In this document: positions 1 through 9,799 of the stretch, piece after piece | Numbering within the stretch: the stretch's first letter is position 1 | Layout: each line of letters starts with the position of its first letter | Assembly (NCBI GenBank): GCA_964005815.1 | Contig: CAXFSR010000005.1 | Coordinates: forward strand, 1 to 28,878 | DNA from: an uncultured Nitrospinaceae bacterium | GTDB taxonomy: Bacteria; UBA8248 | Direction of reading: 5' to 3' | DNA length: 28,878 bases | Notes under the pieces: generated by a model | The model's input: only the letters and a program-made list of their open reading frames with translations | Told to the model about the DNA's origin: nothing | Databases searched by the model: none | Translations under genes and position numbers: made by a program

Positions 1-158
1 ATTTGTACGTATTTATCGAAATATTTCTTACGTATTTTAAAAGAGGAGTTTAATATGGGCATCAAATCTGACGAAGGAGCTTCAATAATTGCATATGCCT
101 CTTCCCTACTCGGAATATCTCCTGAAAGAACTTTGTTAGCTAAATTGTCATAATCCAT
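1..158 (-). CDS. bioB: Biotin synthase, N-terminal fragment (runs off the left edge; absent from the ORF track)
   Basis: Manual translation from ATG at 158: MDYDNLANKVLSGDIPSREEAYAIIEAPSSDLMPILNSSFKIRKKYFDKYVQ. This resembles Bacillus-type BioB N-termini (LA..VL.G....EEA..I........L....F.IRK.F....V). The radical-SAM CxxxCxxC motif lies outside the window, so another radical-SAM enzyme cannot be excluded. Confidence 0.7.
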   Translation of the reverse strand, partial: MDYDNLANKVLSGDIPSREEAYAIIEAPSSDLMPILNSSFKIRKKYFDKYVQ

Positions 159-283
159 TTACATCTTTCTAAAGAAGGAATTAAAAACAACCCCTGCAAT
201 TTACATAATACACTCAAGGGATACAATGTTTATAAAATAAATATACAAATTTATATAATTTCTGAGGATGCAATATTAAATTT

Positions 284-3160
284 ATGGAACTTTCTAATGC
301 GATACAAGAAAAAATAGAAAATTCAATCGAAGGTGATTTGCGGATTGATGATTTTACAAAGAAAATTTATAGCACTGATGCTAGCATGTATGAAATTGAA
401 CCTATTGGTGTACTCCTTCCAAAAAATTCAGAAGATGTAAAAAACTCTATAGAAATAGCAAAGGAAAACAATCTCTCTATTCTTCCTCGTGGCGGTGGAA
501 CGAGTCTCGCAGGTCAAACAGTAGGAAGATCGTTAATTCTGGATTTTTCTAAATATATGAACAAGATTGTTGAAATAAACACAGAGGAGTCTTGGGCTAT
601 CGTTCAACCAGGCGTAGTACAAGATCATTTCAATGATTTTCTAAGTCCACATGGATATACATTTGGTCCAAATACTTCTACTAGCAGCAGGGCTACTCTT
701 GGCGGAATGATTGGAAATAATTCTTCAGGATCCCGTTCCATAGTTTACGGAAAAACAATTGACCATGTGATGGAACTCAAAGGATTTTACGCGAATGGAG
801 AACAATTTTTCTTCAAACCTCTTTTGGAAAAAGAGTTAGAAGAAATTATGAAAAAAGAAAATCATAACGCATTAGTTCACAGAAAAATAAAAGAGATAGT
901 TGATTCAAATAAACAAGAGATAATAGATCGTTATCCAAAAATAATGAGACGGGTTTCTGGTTATAATTTAGATGAATTTATCGATGAAACAAAACCCTTC
1001 AATCTCTCTAAATTATTAGTTGGCTCAGAAGGCACATTAGCTGTTACTACGGAAGCAAAGGTAAATATTGACAGAAAACCTAATGCACTAGGAGTTCTAG
1101 TAGTTCATTTCAAGACTATTGAAGAAGCACTGGACGCTAGCACTACAATACTAGAGCATGATGTCGCTGCCATCGAAATTATTGACAGACCTATCATAGA
1201 TTTGGCAAAAGAAAATTTAGAAGCCCAAAGATACATGAAAAGCTTTATGCGTGGCGACCCTGACGCATTTCTCACTATAGAGTTTTTTGCTGATTCAAAA
1301 GATGAGGCAAATCATAAGGTTCAAAATTTGGCAGCCGAGCTTGAAAAGAAAAAAATTGGATATTCTATTGTTCCGCTGTCAGAAGAAAGTCACAAACAAG
1401 ACTGCTTGAACATGAGAAAAGCTGGCTTGGGTTTCCTTCTTGGAAGAAAAGGAGATTTAAAGCCTGTAGCTTTTGTTGAAGATTGCGCTGTAGACCCTAC
1501 CCACCTACTTGCCTACTACAAAAAATTTGAATCAATTATGCAAAAATACGATACTACCACTTCTTATTATGGACATAGCAGTGTCGGCTTAATGCACCTG
1601 CGACCTTTGATTAATTCAAAAACCAAAGACGATATAGAAAAGATGTCTGCGATAGCAGAAGAAGTTTCTGAATTGGTTCTTGAATTTGGAGGGTCCATGA
1701 GTGGGGAGCATGGAGATGGGCTTGCACGAAGTCAATGGATACCTAAATTTTTTGGAGAAAAACTATATCAATCATTTTGTGAAATAAAAGATACTTTTGA
1801 CCCTCAGAATATTATGAACCCTGGGAAAATTGTCAGGTCGACAGATTTCACTTCGAACTTACGATATGGAGAGAACTATATAACACCAGAAATTGATACC
1901 GTTATGGATTTTTCTACAGATGGTGGTTTTTTACGTGCTATAGAAATGTGTAATGGAGTTGGTGCGTGCAGGAAAAGAGATGGAACGATGTGTCCATCAT
2001 ATCAAGCTACCCTAGAAGAGGAACATTCTACGAGAGGAAGAGCAAACGCTCTCAGGAAAGCTATAGCAGAAGGTGTGAATAATGAAGATTTCACTAGTGA
2101 AAGACTTCACGATGTATTAGATCTTTGCCTTCAATGTAAAGGCTGCAAAGCAGAATGTCCCTCAAGTGTAGATATGGCAAAAATTAAAGCAGAATTTCTT
2201 CAAAAGTATTACAACAAAAACGGATTGCCACTAAGAACAAGATTAATGGGTCATATTGCAACTATAAATAAATTCAGCATTCCCTTTTCTGGTTTAGTGA
2301 ATTGGACTTTATCTAATAATTTTTTCAGGTATCTAATGGAGAAATTTTTGCGTATTGATAAAAGGAGAACTTTTCCTAAGCTGCAAAACGAGACTTTCGA
2401 AGAATGGTTTGAAGGAAGGTCTTCAAATAAAAAAGCATTCAATAAAAAAGTTTTACTAATGAATGATACTTTTACAAACTATAATTACCCTGAAATAGGC
2501 AAAGCTGCTGTCCATGTTTTAGAAAAGTGTGGTTACGAGATAATCCTAACTAAAATGCGGTGTTGTGGTCGCCCTATGATTTCCCATGGAATGCTGGAAG
2601 AAGGAAAATTATTGGCAATTGAAAATCTTAATTTTTTGTACTCATATACAAAAGACAACATACCAGTCGTGGGTCTCGAGCCTAGTTGCCTTTCTACATT
2701 AACGGATGAGTACAAGGACCTTTTGCCTGGAGAAATTTCAAAATCTGTGTCAGACAATTCATTTATGTTTGAAGAATTCATAGAACATATTCACGAAAAT
2801 GAAAAAACACTTTTGAATTTTGAAAGAATGGAAAAAGATGTGCACTTTCAGGCACACTGTCATCAAAAATCTCTTTCTGGCACATCATCTACTTTAAATG
2901 TCCTAAAAATGATTCCTGGGCTGAATATACACACAATACCTTCAGGTTGTTGTGGTATGGCAGGTTCTTTTGGCTACGAACAAGAACATTACGATATTTC
3001 AATGTCTATAGGCAATCTTGTACTTTTTCCCTATCTTAAAAAAATAGACGAAAATTCCATAGTCCTAGCAAATGGTGTATCCTGTAGGCAACAGATTTCA
3101 AAAGGCAGCAATAAAACTTCAAAGCATATAGTAGAGATTGTAGCAGAAGCTATAAAATAA
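284..3160 (+). CDS. FAD-binding and Fe-S-binding oxidoreductase (GlcD/GlpC-type fusion, YdiJ-like; probable 2-hydroxyacid dehydrogenase)
   Basis: 958 aa. FAD_binding_4 motifs PRGGGTSLAGQ, GSEGTLA and SGEHGDG; Fe-S motifs CNGVGAC...CP and CLQCKGCKAECP; two CCG domains (CCGRP, CCGMAGSFG). Confidence 0.9.
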   Translation: MELSNAIQEKIENSIEGDLRIDDFTKKIYSTDASMYEIEPIGVLLPKNSEDVKNSIEIAKENNLSILPRGGGTSLAGQTVGRSLILDFSKYMNKIVEINTEESWAIVQPGVVQDHFNDFLSPHGYTFGPNTSTSSRATLGGMIGNNSSGSRSIVYGKTIDHVMELKGFYANGEQFFFKPLLEKELEEIMKKENHNALVHRKIKEIVDSNKQEIIDRYPKIMRRVSGYNLDEFIDETKPFNLSKLLVGSEGTLAVTTEAKVNIDRKPNALGVLVVHFKTIEEALDASTTILEHDVAAIEIIDRPIIDLAKENLEAQRYMKSFMRGDPDAFLTIEFFADSKDEANHKVQNLAAELEKKKIGYSIVPLSEESHKQDCLNMRKAGLGFLLGRKGDLKPVAFVEDCAVDPTHLLAYYKKFESIMQKYDTTTSYYGHSSVGLMHLRPLINSKTKDDIEKMSAIAEEVSELVLEFGGSMSGEHGDGLARSQWIPKFFGEKLYQSFCEIKDTFDPQNIMNPGKIVRSTDFTSNLRYGENYITPEIDTVMDFSTDGGFLRAIEMCNGVGACRKRDGTMCPSYQATLEEEHSTRGRANALRKAIAEGVNNEDFTSERLHDVLDLCLQCKGCKAECPSSVDMAKIKAEFLQKYYNKNGLPLRTRLMGHIATINKFSIPFSGLVNWTLSNNFFRYLMEKFLRIDKRRTFPKLQNETFEEWFEGRSSNKKAFNKKVLLMNDTFTNYNYPEIGKAAVHVLEKCGYEIILTKMRCCGRPMISHGMLEEGKLLAIENLNFLYSYTKDNIPVVGLEPSCLSTLTDEYKDLLPGEISKSVSDNSFMFEEFIEHIHENEKTLLNFERMEKDVHFQAHCHQKSLSGTSSTLNVLKMIPGLNIHTIPSGCCGMAGSFGYEQEHYDISMSIGNLVLFPYLKKIDENSIVLANGVSCRQQISKGSNKTSKHIVEIVAEAIK

Positions 3161-3222
3161 TTAATGTATAATTTTATATATTTTATGTAAATAATTGAAT
3201 GATATTACTATAGGAGTTTGTA

Positions 3223-4407
3223 ATGGATCATGGTTATCCTCGTTTTACTAACGATGAATTTGAAAGAAGGTATGAAGCAACAAAAGAAATGATGGATAAT
3301 ATTGGTGTTGATGTTTTGCTCTTTTTTGCATTTGGCGGAAACAACCGTAATAACATGGCAAATATCTATTACCTGACTGGGTACAGAGACTTTAATCATG
3401 CCTATTTAATATTTCCGAGAAATGAAGACCCAACACTTTTTGTTGGCTTATACAATCATCTTCATAACGCACAAAATCAGGCTGTAATTAAAGATGTCAG
3501 GCATGGTGGATATGGCAATCCAGTCAATATGGCAGATCAACTCGACAAAATAGGTGCAGGCAACCAATCTATCGGAATTTTAGGAGTAAATCCAAGATTT
3601 GGGATCAATTTACCCTACGATCATACCGTTTATCTGGAAGAAAGGTTTCCTGAAGCTAAATGGAAAAATGCTTCTACAGAATTCAGGAATTTAAGACTAG
3701 TGAAAAGCAAAGAGGAATTAGAATGGCTTCAGGAAGGTTGTCGGCTTACCGATCTTTCAATGAAAGCAGTTCAAGAATATGCTAGACCAGGTATCACCGA
3801 ATCTGAATTGTCTGCAAGGATGGGGATAGAGTACAAAGTTGAAGGCGGAGAACAACTAGTACATTTTGTTACTGCTACACCTATGGATAATCCACACACC
3901 CCTTTGCCATGGCAAAATCCAACAAACAGAAAATTAGAGTCTGGAGATATATTGTTAACTGAAATAAGTGCTGCTTTCCATGGATACGCAGGACAAATTC
4001 TTAGACCATTCACAATAGGTGCAGAGCCTACTGCACCCTACTCCACCCTCTTCGATGCATCAATTGAAGTATACGACGCAGTAGCCAACGTTATGAAAGA
4101 TGGAGCTGGGATAGGGGAAATTATGGATGCTACTGACATTCTTCCTGACAAAGGGTATCAAATATATGATTCATTAGCTCACGGTTTTGGAGTTGACCTT
4201 CTCCAACCATCTGTTGGCATCAGAGGATCAAATTACGCAAAACCACCAGAGGATTTTATATATAAAGAAAATATGACCATGGTTATACAACCAAATCCAA
4301 TGGACGAAGATGGTCATGGGCTTCAGACTGGTGATTTTGGAGTTGTTACGAAAGAAGGTTTTAAATCTATGCACGAATTTCCTAGAGAATTCTTTAGATG
4401 CGGATAA
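3223..4407 (+). CDS. M24 (pita-bread fold) creatinase/prolidase-like protein with non-canonical metal site
   Basis: 394 aa. Creatinase-type N-terminus (IYYLTGY), RLVKSKEE linker, PGITESEL and HGFG motifs; AGGAG RBS upstream. Confidence 0.85.
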   Translation: MDHGYPRFTNDEFERRYEATKEMMDNIGVDVLLFFAFGGNNRNNMANIYYLTGYRDFNHAYLIFPRNEDPTLFVGLYNHLHNAQNQAVIKDVRHGGYGNPVNMADQLDKIGAGNQSIGILGVNPRFGINLPYDHTVYLEERFPEAKWKNASTEFRNLRLVKSKEELEWLQEGCRLTDLSMKAVQEYARPGITESELSARMGIEYKVEGGEQLVHFVTATPMDNPHTPLPWQNPTNRKLESGDILLTEISAAFHGYAGQILRPFTIGAEPTAPYSTLFDASIEVYDAVANVMKDGAGIGEIMDATDILPDKGYQIYDSLAHGFGVDLLQPSVGIRGSNYAKPPEDFIYKENMTMVIQPNPMDEDGHGLQTGDFGVVTKEGFKSMHEFPREFFRCG

Positions 4408-4448
4408 AGAGAAATATTCTTTAGTTCATATAACGAGAGGATAATTTT

Positions 4449-6191
4449 ATGAGCGAATATAAAACAGATATTAAAGACGGGATGCGAATTGACTGGGATG
4501 TTCCTGTTACAATGGATGATGGAATTATTTTGCGATGTGATGTTTATAGACCTATTGAAGAAGGAAAATACCCCGCCCTTTTATCTTATGGCCCATACGG
4601 CAAATATCTGCATTTTGAAGATGGATACGAAACTGCCTGGAAAAGAATGGTAGAACTTCATCCAGATGTTCCTGCTGGTTCCACTAATAAATACCAAAGC
4701 TGGGAAGTTGTAGACCCTGAGAAATGGGTTCCAGATGGTTATGCCGTAGTACGCTTTGATTCAAGAGGCGCAGGCAGATCTCCTGGATATATTGATCATT
4801 GGTCTGAAAGAGAACATAAAGACTTCCATGACTGCATAGAATGGTCTGCCGAACAATCCTGGTGCAATGGAAAGATTGGCTTAAATGGAATTAGTTATTA
4901 TGGAATTAATCAATGGCATGTTGCTTCACTACAACCACCTCATTTAGCAGCTATATGTATCTGGGAAGGCGCAGCAGACCTATATAGAGAACTTGCTCAC
5001 CATGGAGGAATTCTTACCTCATTTGTAGCAAACTGGTATGACATGCAATGCAAAACAGTACAGAACGGTGTTGGAAGCAAAGGTTACAGAAGTAGAATGA
5101 ATGGGGATATGGTTTCTGGTCCAGAAACTCTTACAGACGAAGAATTGGCAGCAAATAGATGTGATCTGGGAATGGACTTATTATCAAATAAACTTTCTAC
5201 CGATGATTATTGGAAGTCAAGGATTCCAGACTGGTCTAAGATAAAAGTACCCCTACTCTCTTCAGCAAACTGGGGCGGTCAGGGTCTACATCCAAGAGGG
5301 AATTTCGAAGGATATATCAATGCTGCCTCCGAAGAAAAGTGGCTAGAAGTTCACGGAATAGAACACTGGACTGAATTTTACACTGATTATGGAGTAAAGA
5401 TTCAGAAAAAATTCTTTGGCCATTACCTTAAGGGTGAAGATACAGGCTGGAAGGATCAGAGCAATGTATTATTGCAAGTTCGCCATCCAGGGGAAAGATT
5501 TGTAGAAAGAGAAGAAAATGAGTGGCCCTTAGCTAGAACAGAATGGAAAAAATTTTATTTAGACCCAACTGAGCATGCTCTATCTGAAGAAGAAAATAAT
5601 TCGAACGACAAAATTACTTACTCTGGATTTAGTGACGGAGTATCATTTGTCACTCCTCCTCTTGAAGAGGATACTGAGATAACCGGTCCATCTGCAGCAA
5701 AATTATTTATCTCTTCTGAAACGGTAGATGCAGATCTATTTTTAGTGCTGCGAGTTTTCACAGAAGACTTCAAGGAAATCACTTTCCAGGGAGCACTAGA
5801 TCCACACACTCCAATAGCGCAAGGTTGGCTCCGCGCTTCTCACAGAAAACTTGATCCAGAATTAAGTCTTCCGTACCGGCCCTATCATACTCATGATGAA
5901 AAACAGCCTCTAACTCCCAATGAGATATATGAACTGGATATTGAAATTTGGCCTACTTGTATAGTCATACCCAAAGGATACCGCATTGCACTATCTGTTA
6001 GAGGGAAGGATTATATCTATCCAGGTGGCGCAGATAGTGGTCTTTCGAATATGAAGAATGCATTTACTGGTTGCGGACCCTTTCTTCATAATGACCCAAT
6101 CGATAGACCTGCAGACATTTTTGGAGGAAACGTAACTCTTCATTTTGACGAAGGAAAAAGACCTTACGTTCTGCTGCCTGTGATTCCATAA
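4449..6191 (+). CDS. CocE/NonD family alpha/beta hydrolase (peptidase S15-like), copy 1
   Basis: 580 aa. DDGIILRCDVYRP, PYGK, DSRGAGRSPG, nucleophile motif GISYYG and a C-terminal jelly-roll (ITGP...GWLRASHR); GAGG RBS. Confidence 0.93.
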   Translation: MSEYKTDIKDGMRIDWDVPVTMDDGIILRCDVYRPIEEGKYPALLSYGPYGKYLHFEDGYETAWKRMVELHPDVPAGSTNKYQSWEVVDPEKWVPDGYAVVRFDSRGAGRSPGYIDHWSEREHKDFHDCIEWSAEQSWCNGKIGLNGISYYGINQWHVASLQPPHLAAICIWEGAADLYRELAHHGGILTSFVANWYDMQCKTVQNGVGSKGYRSRMNGDMVSGPETLTDEELAANRCDLGMDLLSNKLSTDDYWKSRIPDWSKIKVPLLSSANWGGQGLHPRGNFEGYINAASEEKWLEVHGIEHWTEFYTDYGVKIQKKFFGHYLKGEDTGWKDQSNVLLQVRHPGERFVEREENEWPLARTEWKKFYLDPTEHALSEEENNSNDKITYSGFSDGVSFVTPPLEEDTEITGPSAAKLFISSETVDADLFLVLRVFTEDFKEITFQGALDPHTPIAQGWLRASHRKLDPELSLPYRPYHTHDEKQPLTPNEIYELDIEIWPTCIVIPKGYRIALSVRGKDYIYPGGADSGLSNMKNAFTGCGPFLHNDPIDRPADIFGGNVTLHFDEGKRPYVLLPVIP

Positions 6192-6193
6192 AG

Positions 6194-6220
6194 AATTGTT
6201 TTTCGACTAAACAATTTTTT
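6194..6220. terminator. Weak AT-rich hairpin between convergent genes (possible bidirectional terminator)
   Basis: AATTGTTT (6194-6201) and AAACAATT (6209-6216) form an inverted repeat followed by a T run, within the 39-nt gap between convergent stops. Confidence 0.3.
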
Positions 6221-6230
6221 CAAGTTGGCT

Positions 6231-8252
6231 TTAATTTTTCACCGGCGCAGAATCAGAATTGACTGAAATAGCTTTGTTGAAATATTCCAAGAGTTTATCT
6301 AAGTTTTTGACCTCTATAACCGTGTTGTTAATATCGCTTAGATCTTGTTGGTTTTTAGAAGACAAATCTAATTCAACAAACCAAAGGAAGCGTTTGTTTT
6401 CATGATTGGCAACTGCAAATATATAGGTTGTCTCTTTCGTAAGTTTCTCGAATTTAAATTTTCCGTCTATATTGCTATTTCCGGAATGAGTCTTCGATGA
6501 ACTTACAGAATCGATAAATTTGTTAATCCAAAGACTTTGCATTTCAAGAAGTGGTGTATTGGTTAACGCATATTTTTGTATTTCTCCAAAAATAACACCT
6601 TTCTTTTCATTTAAATTCTTTAATTGCGACTCTATTTCTTTCTTTTTAGACATGGCAGTATCTAAACGTTTTTTACTTACTTCCAGAAGTCCGTTATATA
6701 GCGATTTCTTTTTTTTCAGGCCTTCTACGTTTTCTTTCATTTGCTTTAATTGAAACTTAGAAGAATCTATTAGAAGTTGCTTTTGGGAAATATTCTTATT
6801 TAACTCTTTCATTTTCTCATTTTGTTTTTTAGTTAGTTGAGAATTAATAACATTCTTTCTTGCCTTTGAAATTTGCTTTACTTTCTTTTTAATGAAAGAT
6901 GCGTACAAGAAAGTTATGTTCTTCTTCTCGGCAGTAAAAGTCGATTTTCTTTGTAGAATTTCTTTCGTCAATATAATTTGTTTCGATAAAACTTTTCTGA
7001 TTTTTTCCTTCGTCTTCTTTAATAACTGAGAATTGTTAATTTCTTTTTTGAAAACATCTGCGGCTGATAGTTTTTTATATCTCCATCGTTTTAATCCCTT
7101 GCTTCGCATATACCTGCTGCTATATGGATTATAGGAATGAAACGTCGAAGGGTCGCTTAAATATGCCTTTTTAACAACAACTCTAAATTTACTTGGGTCA
7201 TATCCCCCCATTTTCTCAAAAAATCGTAAAGTATCTCCTTGCATACTTCTTCTGGCACGTAAATAAAAACTTTTTAACCTGAGCATTCTTCTTTTAGGGG
7301 CAATCCCATAAACAGTTTCCCTGTATTTATTTTTACTTTCCGGATACCAGATCCTATCTAATCCATATGCCCCAAATTGTGAAATCTTAAACCCAGAATT
7401 TTTTAATGAAATATCTTTGTAATATAAATCGAATTCCATCGCCCTAATTGCTTTATTCCCTTTGTTCTCAATAAAGAAAGTCAGCTGAGGAGTACAACTT
7501 CTACATGGCTTATTTAATTTGTTGACAATGAGAATCTTTTTATGAATATAGTTCCAAAAATATTTTGAAACTAGTGTTTTTTTCTTCTTTTCATAATCTG
7601 ATTTTAAATTAACAATCTCATTTCTTATTTTTCGAATTCTACTCTTAAAAACTTTGGAATCTTTTGAAAATAATCTTTTAGACTCTGCAAGTTTATTGTC
7701 CTTTTTCTTAATTAATTTTTTGAGTTCTTTTCTTCTTTCTATCAAAACAGAAGAAAACTTTCTCTTTTTTGATTCCAATAACGCATTCAGTAATTTTATT
7801 TCTTTCTTTGAATTAAGAATCTCCAATTTTGCTTTAAGATTCTCTTTTGTGATTTTCAATTCTGCATCCGTCGTTTTCTTGTTGCTATCAGAAAATTTCT
7901 TTAGATTGTCCGCAACAAGATTTTTCGCTTCTCCTAGTGAGATTTTATCTTTTCTGATCTGAGAGGTAATTTTCTTTAATGCAATTTCTTTGTTCTCAAT
8001 TTCTTTTTGAAGTAATTTTTTTTCGTATGTCTTTATGGCAGCCTTAGACTCTTTTTTATATTCATCTAAATTACTTGAAATTACTTTCTCAATACTATTG
8101 TTCAGTAAATATATTTTCGTGCCAGAGAGTCTCTCTATTCTCTCTCCTTCTTTAAGGTAAATCGTACCCTCTAATGTAAATAATTTTTCGCATGAAGTTA
8201 AGAAAAGGAAAGAAAGAACGAAAAATACGAAAAGGTTTAATTTTCTGGTCAA
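6231..8252 (-). CDS. Hypothetical Lys-rich coiled-coil lipoprotein
   Basis: 673 aa. TTG start with GAGGA RBS; signal peptide with lipobox LTS-C21; two long K/E/L-rich helical segments flank a central globular domain. Confidence 0.75.
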   Translation of the reverse strand: MTRKLNLFVFFVLSFLFLTSCEKLFTLEGTIYLKEGERIERLSGTKIYLLNNSIEKVISSNLDEYKKESKAAIKTYEKKLLQKEIENKEIALKKITSQIRKDKISLGEAKNLVADNLKKFSDSNKKTTDAELKITKENLKAKLEILNSKKEIKLLNALLESKKRKFSSVLIERRKELKKLIKKKDNKLAESKRLFSKDSKVFKSRIRKIRNEIVNLKSDYEKKKKTLVSKYFWNYIHKKILIVNKLNKPCRSCTPQLTFFIENKGNKAIRAMEFDLYYKDISLKNSGFKISQFGAYGLDRIWYPESKNKYRETVYGIAPKRRMLRLKSFYLRARRSMQGDTLRFFEKMGGYDPSKFRVVVKKAYLSDPSTFHSYNPYSSRYMRSKGLKRWRYKKLSAADVFKKEINNSQLLKKTKEKIRKVLSKQIILTKEILQRKSTFTAEKKNITFLYASFIKKKVKQISKARKNVINSQLTKKQNEKMKELNKNISQKQLLIDSSKFQLKQMKENVEGLKKKKSLYNGLLEVSKKRLDTAMSKKKEIESQLKNLNEKKGVIFGEIQKYALTNTPLLEMQSLWINKFIDSVSSSKTHSGNSNIDGKFKFEKLTKETTYIFAVANHENKRFLWFVELDLSSKNQQDLSDINNTVIEVKNLDKLLEYFNKAISVNSDSAPVKN

Positions 8253-8275
8253 ACTTCGTTCCTCAGATAAAATAA

Positions 8276-9325
8276 TTACATAGTAGGGTCTATAACAACT
8301 TTAATAACATTATCAGTTTTTTTCTCCATCATCAAAAGAGCTTCCTGAACTTGCCCTAAAGAAACGTGATGGGTAAGAATCGGCTCTAGGGAAACCAGTC
8401 CATTTTGCACGAGTTCAAGACAGGGCTCAAATGCATGTGGATGGCCTCGGGAACCTTTTAGAATCATTTCTTGGTCTTTGAATTCTACAATTCTGATAGT
8501 TTTTTGATTGTCTGAAAAAGTACCTACTACTGTAATCTCTCCACTTTTTCTTGAAAGTTGTGTAGCTAACTGCAATGTCTTATCTTGACTGCCTCCAGCT
8601 GCTTCTATGATTTTATCTAGACCTAATCCATCGGTATATTCTTTAGAAATTTCTATAGGATCCGATTCACTCAGATTCACAACAATATCTGCTCCTAACT
8701 CTTTGGCAGCTACAAGACGATAGTCTACTACATCAAAATGTATAACGAATGCACCTAAAGATTTCGCTACACTGAGTGCACATAAACCTATTGGGCCAGC
8801 ACCAATTATACCTATCTTGTCATCATTTCCTACCTCAGCGATATCCTTAACAGCATGATAGGAAACTCCCATGGTCTGCATAATGGAACCAATCGGATAG
8901 GATACTTTTTCTGGAAGAGGAACAATGCATTCTGCTGGAGCAATCAAAAATTCTGCATATCCACCATCTTTTGTAAAACCGATAGATTCTGCATTAATAC
9001 ATAAATTAGGTTTGTCATTAGAACAATAAACACATTCTCCACAGGGAATATGATTTTCTATGCAACAACGTAAATCTATCAGGTTTGATTTTACATTCTT
9101 TCCAATTTCAACAATTTGCCCTGAAATTTCATGCCCTAGTACTCTAGGAGGATGAACTCTTGAGTGGTGACCGTTAAATGCATGCAAATCAGATCCACAA
9201 AGAGCACATGCTTTAACAGCTACAAGCACTTCGTCATCATTTAACTTTTCAAATGGTTTTTCTATCAAAGAAACCGTTCTAGGTTTTTCAAGCACCATAG
9301 ACTTGAAAGTATCTAGTTTTGCCAT
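8276..9325 (-). CDS. Zinc-dependent medium-chain dehydrogenase (sorbitol/threonine dehydrogenase-like)
   Basis: CGSD and GHE catalytic-Zn motifs, CGECVYC...C structural-Zn motif, GAGPIG Rossmann motif. Confidence 0.92.
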   Translation of the reverse strand: MAKLDTFKSMVLEKPRTVSLIEKPFEKLNDDEVLVAVKACALCGSDLHAFNGHHSRVHPPRVLGHEISGQIVEIGKNVKSNLIDLRCCIENHIPCGECVYCSNDKPNLCINAESIGFTKDGGYAEFLIAPAECIVPLPEKVSYPIGSIMQTMGVSYHAVKDIAEVGNDDKIGIIGAGPIGLCALSVAKSLGAFVIHFDVVDYRLVAAKELGADIVVNLSESDPIEISKEYTDGLGLDKIIEAAGGSQDKTLQLATQLSRKSGEITVVGTFSDNQKTIRIVEFKDQEMILKGSRGHPHAFEPCLELVQNGLVSLEPILTHHVSLGQVQEALLMMEKKTDNVIKVVIDPTM

Positions 9326-9343
9326 AACAGATTCATACTTTCA

Positions 9344-9778
9344 TTAATGAATTTTCAGTCTTTCAGGTTCAATAATAGCTTCCACTTCAATTTCAATCAT
9401 TGCTTCTGGTGGTCCAAGTCTTGAGATTTCTATTAATGTACTCGCTGGTCGACTATCTTTAAAGTACTTAAATCTCTCGTCAGAATGTTTATAGTATTCC
9501 ATGATATCCGTTACATAAGTTGTAGAACGAACTACATCATTAATATTTGCACCTGCATGGGCCAAACCTTTTACAATATTTTCACAGGTCACTCTAATTT
9601 GTGTGCGCATATCATTCACTCCAACAACATTTCCACTTGGTTCTCTTGGAACCTGTCCAGACAAGTATATATGTGCATGATCTGATCCATGAATGGTTAC
9701 GACTGGTACATACAACAACTCCCCATTTTCTACTCTCGCCCACATATCATCTGGTTGTAAATATTGTCTCTCAATCAC
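9344..9778 (-). CDS. Rid (YjgF/YER057c/UK114) family protein
   Basis: GTG start with GGAG RBS; IYLSGQV, DVVRST, RPASTLIEI and IEIEVEA motifs. Confidence 0.88.
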   Translation of the reverse strand: MIERQYLQPDDMWARVENGELLYVPVVTIHGSDHAHIYLSGQVPREPSGNVVGVNDMRTQIRVTCENIVKGLAHAGANINDVVRSTTYVTDIMEYYKHSDERFKYFKDSRPASTLIEISRLGPPEAMIEIEVEAIIEPERLKIH

Positions 9779-9799
9779 CTTAGGCTCCTTTCATTTTAT

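Noticed and set aside
159..283. BirA/BioR operator upstream of bioB
   Set aside because: Only AT-rich imperfect symmetry; no convincing TGTxAAC-N14-16-GTTxACA or TTATMKATAA match by eye.
6231..8252. SMC/Rad50-like ATPase (coiled coils plus CxxC near the apex)
   Set aside because: No Walker A/B or signature motifs, and it carries a lipoprotein signal peptide.
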